This document shows, piece after piece, positions 61,799-64,000 of a DNA stretch of 64,000 bases. The translations under genes and the position numbers were made by a program. The stretch lies in the NCBI GenBank assembly GCA_000934665.2, contig KZ538434.1, forward strand, positions 1 to 64,000. Reading direction: 5' to 3'. Position 1 is the first letter of the stretch. Each line of letters begins with the position of its first letter. The notes under the pieces were generated by a model. That model did not search any database and had not been told where the DNA came from. It saw only the letters and a program-made list of their open reading frames with translations. This DNA comes from Catajapyx aquilonaris (taxonomy: Eukaryota).

Positions 61799-63561
61799 CC
61801 CGAAGCAGACCCTCGGCCTCTGTCTCACACACGCGCTCACACACTGAGAATCCTACTTGAGGACATGCATGAAAGGGATCCTCCCCCACTCTCCACCAAA
61901 CCCCTCCCAACCCTTTACTCCCACATCTGAAAGGAGTCAACGAGCAAGAAAAAAAAAAACATCTAGAAAAAAGTAGGATACAGATAACAACAAAAAATGT
62001 TGGCACGTGCGTCTTCCCGTCTTATCGCTAATCTGAGTCATTACACCCGAGTTTATGTACCATTAGTTTTAATGATCATTCCAACATTCTTCAGTAACTG
62101 ACCATTCACTTTAGTTTTCGTTACTTTCGCTTGAACTAATGATAGTTGAGGGCTACATAATCAGAACAGCGAAGGTTCAGGTGTCAATCTCTAACCTTTT
62201 GTAGAATAAGACAGTATTACAAAGTGTGTTAGAACATAAATTGACACACTTTTCTCCAATCAAAAAATAATAATAAGAAATTCACATTTCTTTACATTTC
62301 AACTATTAATTGGAGATTAAGAGATGTCCGAAAATGTATAAAATCCATAACCAGTTATAATAATAAAAAGCTGTTTCCTCCCTTCTCTTGGATTCTACAG
62401 CTAAACCATTTAGCAGTCTAATATTAGAAAATAAAATCATGCCTATACTTGGCACTACTTTCCAAGTCCAACTCTTCATCTCCAGCATGCCTCATCTCCT
62501 GCCAAGTTATTGGTGTAAAAAAATCATATCATGCAATAGTATTATAACCTGGTGTAGGCAGTGCAGGATGGTCCATTCGAGGTGAAAGAGGACCAAGAGG
62601 ATAGAAAAGGTGTTCCAGAAATGCAGGCATAATGCTTGGGGTAGATGGCTAAATGCCATCTGCTCTGATTTTCAACAGAACATAATTAAATTGGGTTTGG
62701 CCATCAAGAATGACTGATTCAGCAGTAGCGTCTGAGCACTGTCTTAATCCTTGCTCTGTTACATTCAAGCTGTCTATCAGCATTGGTATTTTAAAAATAT
62801 GTACAAGTACACCAGGTCCCTTAAGCATGTCTTTGTCAACCATCAATCAACAAAAGCTTTTCTTAGCTCCCTTAGTGGTAACAAGACTCAATGTGCTTTT
62901 AAAAAAAGCGCCACAAACAAGCTTGCAGTTGCATTGTTTAGAATAGTTGTCCCAGATCTGGGTGTGTCACAGGAAGGCAAAAAAAAGAACATAAAGAAAC
63001 AGCAGCTTCCGGCAACCTATCTGTGAGGTCATCTCTTGGAAGCGTCTCAGGTGAACCCAGGCCAAGCAAAGGGAAGGCCCCAATATACAATCACAACAAT
63101 GCAAAGCCAGACCATTTACTCTGGCACAAATGAGTTCATGGCGGCATGTGTGCTCTTCCACTACTGAGTTTCCTTTTCTTGTCGGTTAAAATAAGAATTG
63201 AGAACATACATCACATAATATGCCAGCATCTCTTTATTAATATCATGAGTATAATATAAACATGTGAATATATATGGCATGATCTTCTGAATGGAATGCA
63301 TGGAATTTCAAAAGTAACTTTGCAGGATCCATATAATTGTAACCTTTTCTCCATGCTGACACATGTCCACACTGCTGAAATGAAATGTAAAAAAATAATT
63401 GTATCAATAATCATATTCTTGGACAATTGATCAATACACTGACTCCTTTTTTCCCTCTGTACTTGCCCAAACACAGAATAATTAGCTCACCTTGAAAATG
63501 AGACCAGTTTAGATATGGGAACAATGAAAAGGACTATAAATGCACACAAATAGGGTGCTAG

Positions 63562-63973
63562 ACTGAAGCAGTTTGGTGGAGTGGATAAGGTGTTCGACTG
63601 CTAATCGGGAGGTCCTGGGTTCGAGTCCCGGGGCCGGCAATCCCAACCATGGTTTTCTGTGGTTTCCCACGGTCCCCCCAGGAGAATTCCGGGATTGCCT
63701 CCTAAATAATAGGGCACAGCCGCTTCCTTCCTTTCCTATCCTTGTCCCGTCCATGTGGAGGTGCGGTGTTTGTGGGGGGTTTCTGACTCGCATCTAGGGG
63801 ATCATCTTGGCGAACGGGCCCCCTGAGGGACTGCACATGACCCCCAACTTGAGACATTGCACCAGTGTCCCCCCCCCCCCTCATTATCCCTATCCTGTCC
63901 CTTGCACTGATGGTGGTATTCCACTCCCCTGAGAGGGCCTAGGGCCCTAGCACGGGGTATTTAAAAAAAAAAC
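63562..63973 (+). mobile_element. Chimeric SINE: family C head/core with family A 3' region
   Basis: Head ttcgactgctaatcggga…ggttcgagtcc. 3' ggtggtattcca…ctagggccctagcacggggta matches 38592-38636. TSD aatagggtgctag, A-tail. Confidence 0.85.
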
Positions 63974-64000
63974 AATAGGGTGCTAGGAAGTTGCTGATGT

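Noticed and set aside
62340..63540. Coding-like stretch with splice-like sites near the right edge
   Set aside because: No continuous frame or recognisable motif could be assembled. It may be a UTR, pseudogene or TE remnant; a BLASTX is needed.

Overview
Eukaryotic (arthropod, probably insect) genomic DNA: AT-rich, intron-containing genes and a very dense load of small transposon derivatives. I reconstructed three multi-exon minus-strand genes by hand from GT-AG sites with consistent intron phases. (1) An MGAT4/GnT-IV family N-acetylglucosaminyltransferase: 7 coding exons, 10776->2050, with the 3' end running off the left edge. (2) The spliceosomal WD40 protein PLRG1/Prp46: 39828->34220, with the first coding micro-exon unresolved. 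(3) A 19-exon, ~1198-aa secreted matrix protein with signal peptide, Sushi, 9 EGF/cbEGF, 2 HYR and GCC2/GCC3 modules (61798->45286; resembles Drosophila frac/CG7526). A fourth, plus-strand orphan gene (28638-28991) encodes a 117-aa single-pass membrane protein with a di-leucine motif and a C-terminal KKxx motif. Introns and intergenic DNA hold many fold-back MITEs, several of them nested. Two of these are made from inverted duplications of transposase 3' ends. There are also three tRNA-derived SINE families that share one 3' tail (one copy is chimeric), LINE remnants and microsatellites. No prokaryotic features (operons, CRISPR, rRNA) are present. Family assignments come from motif recognition only; no database searches were run.
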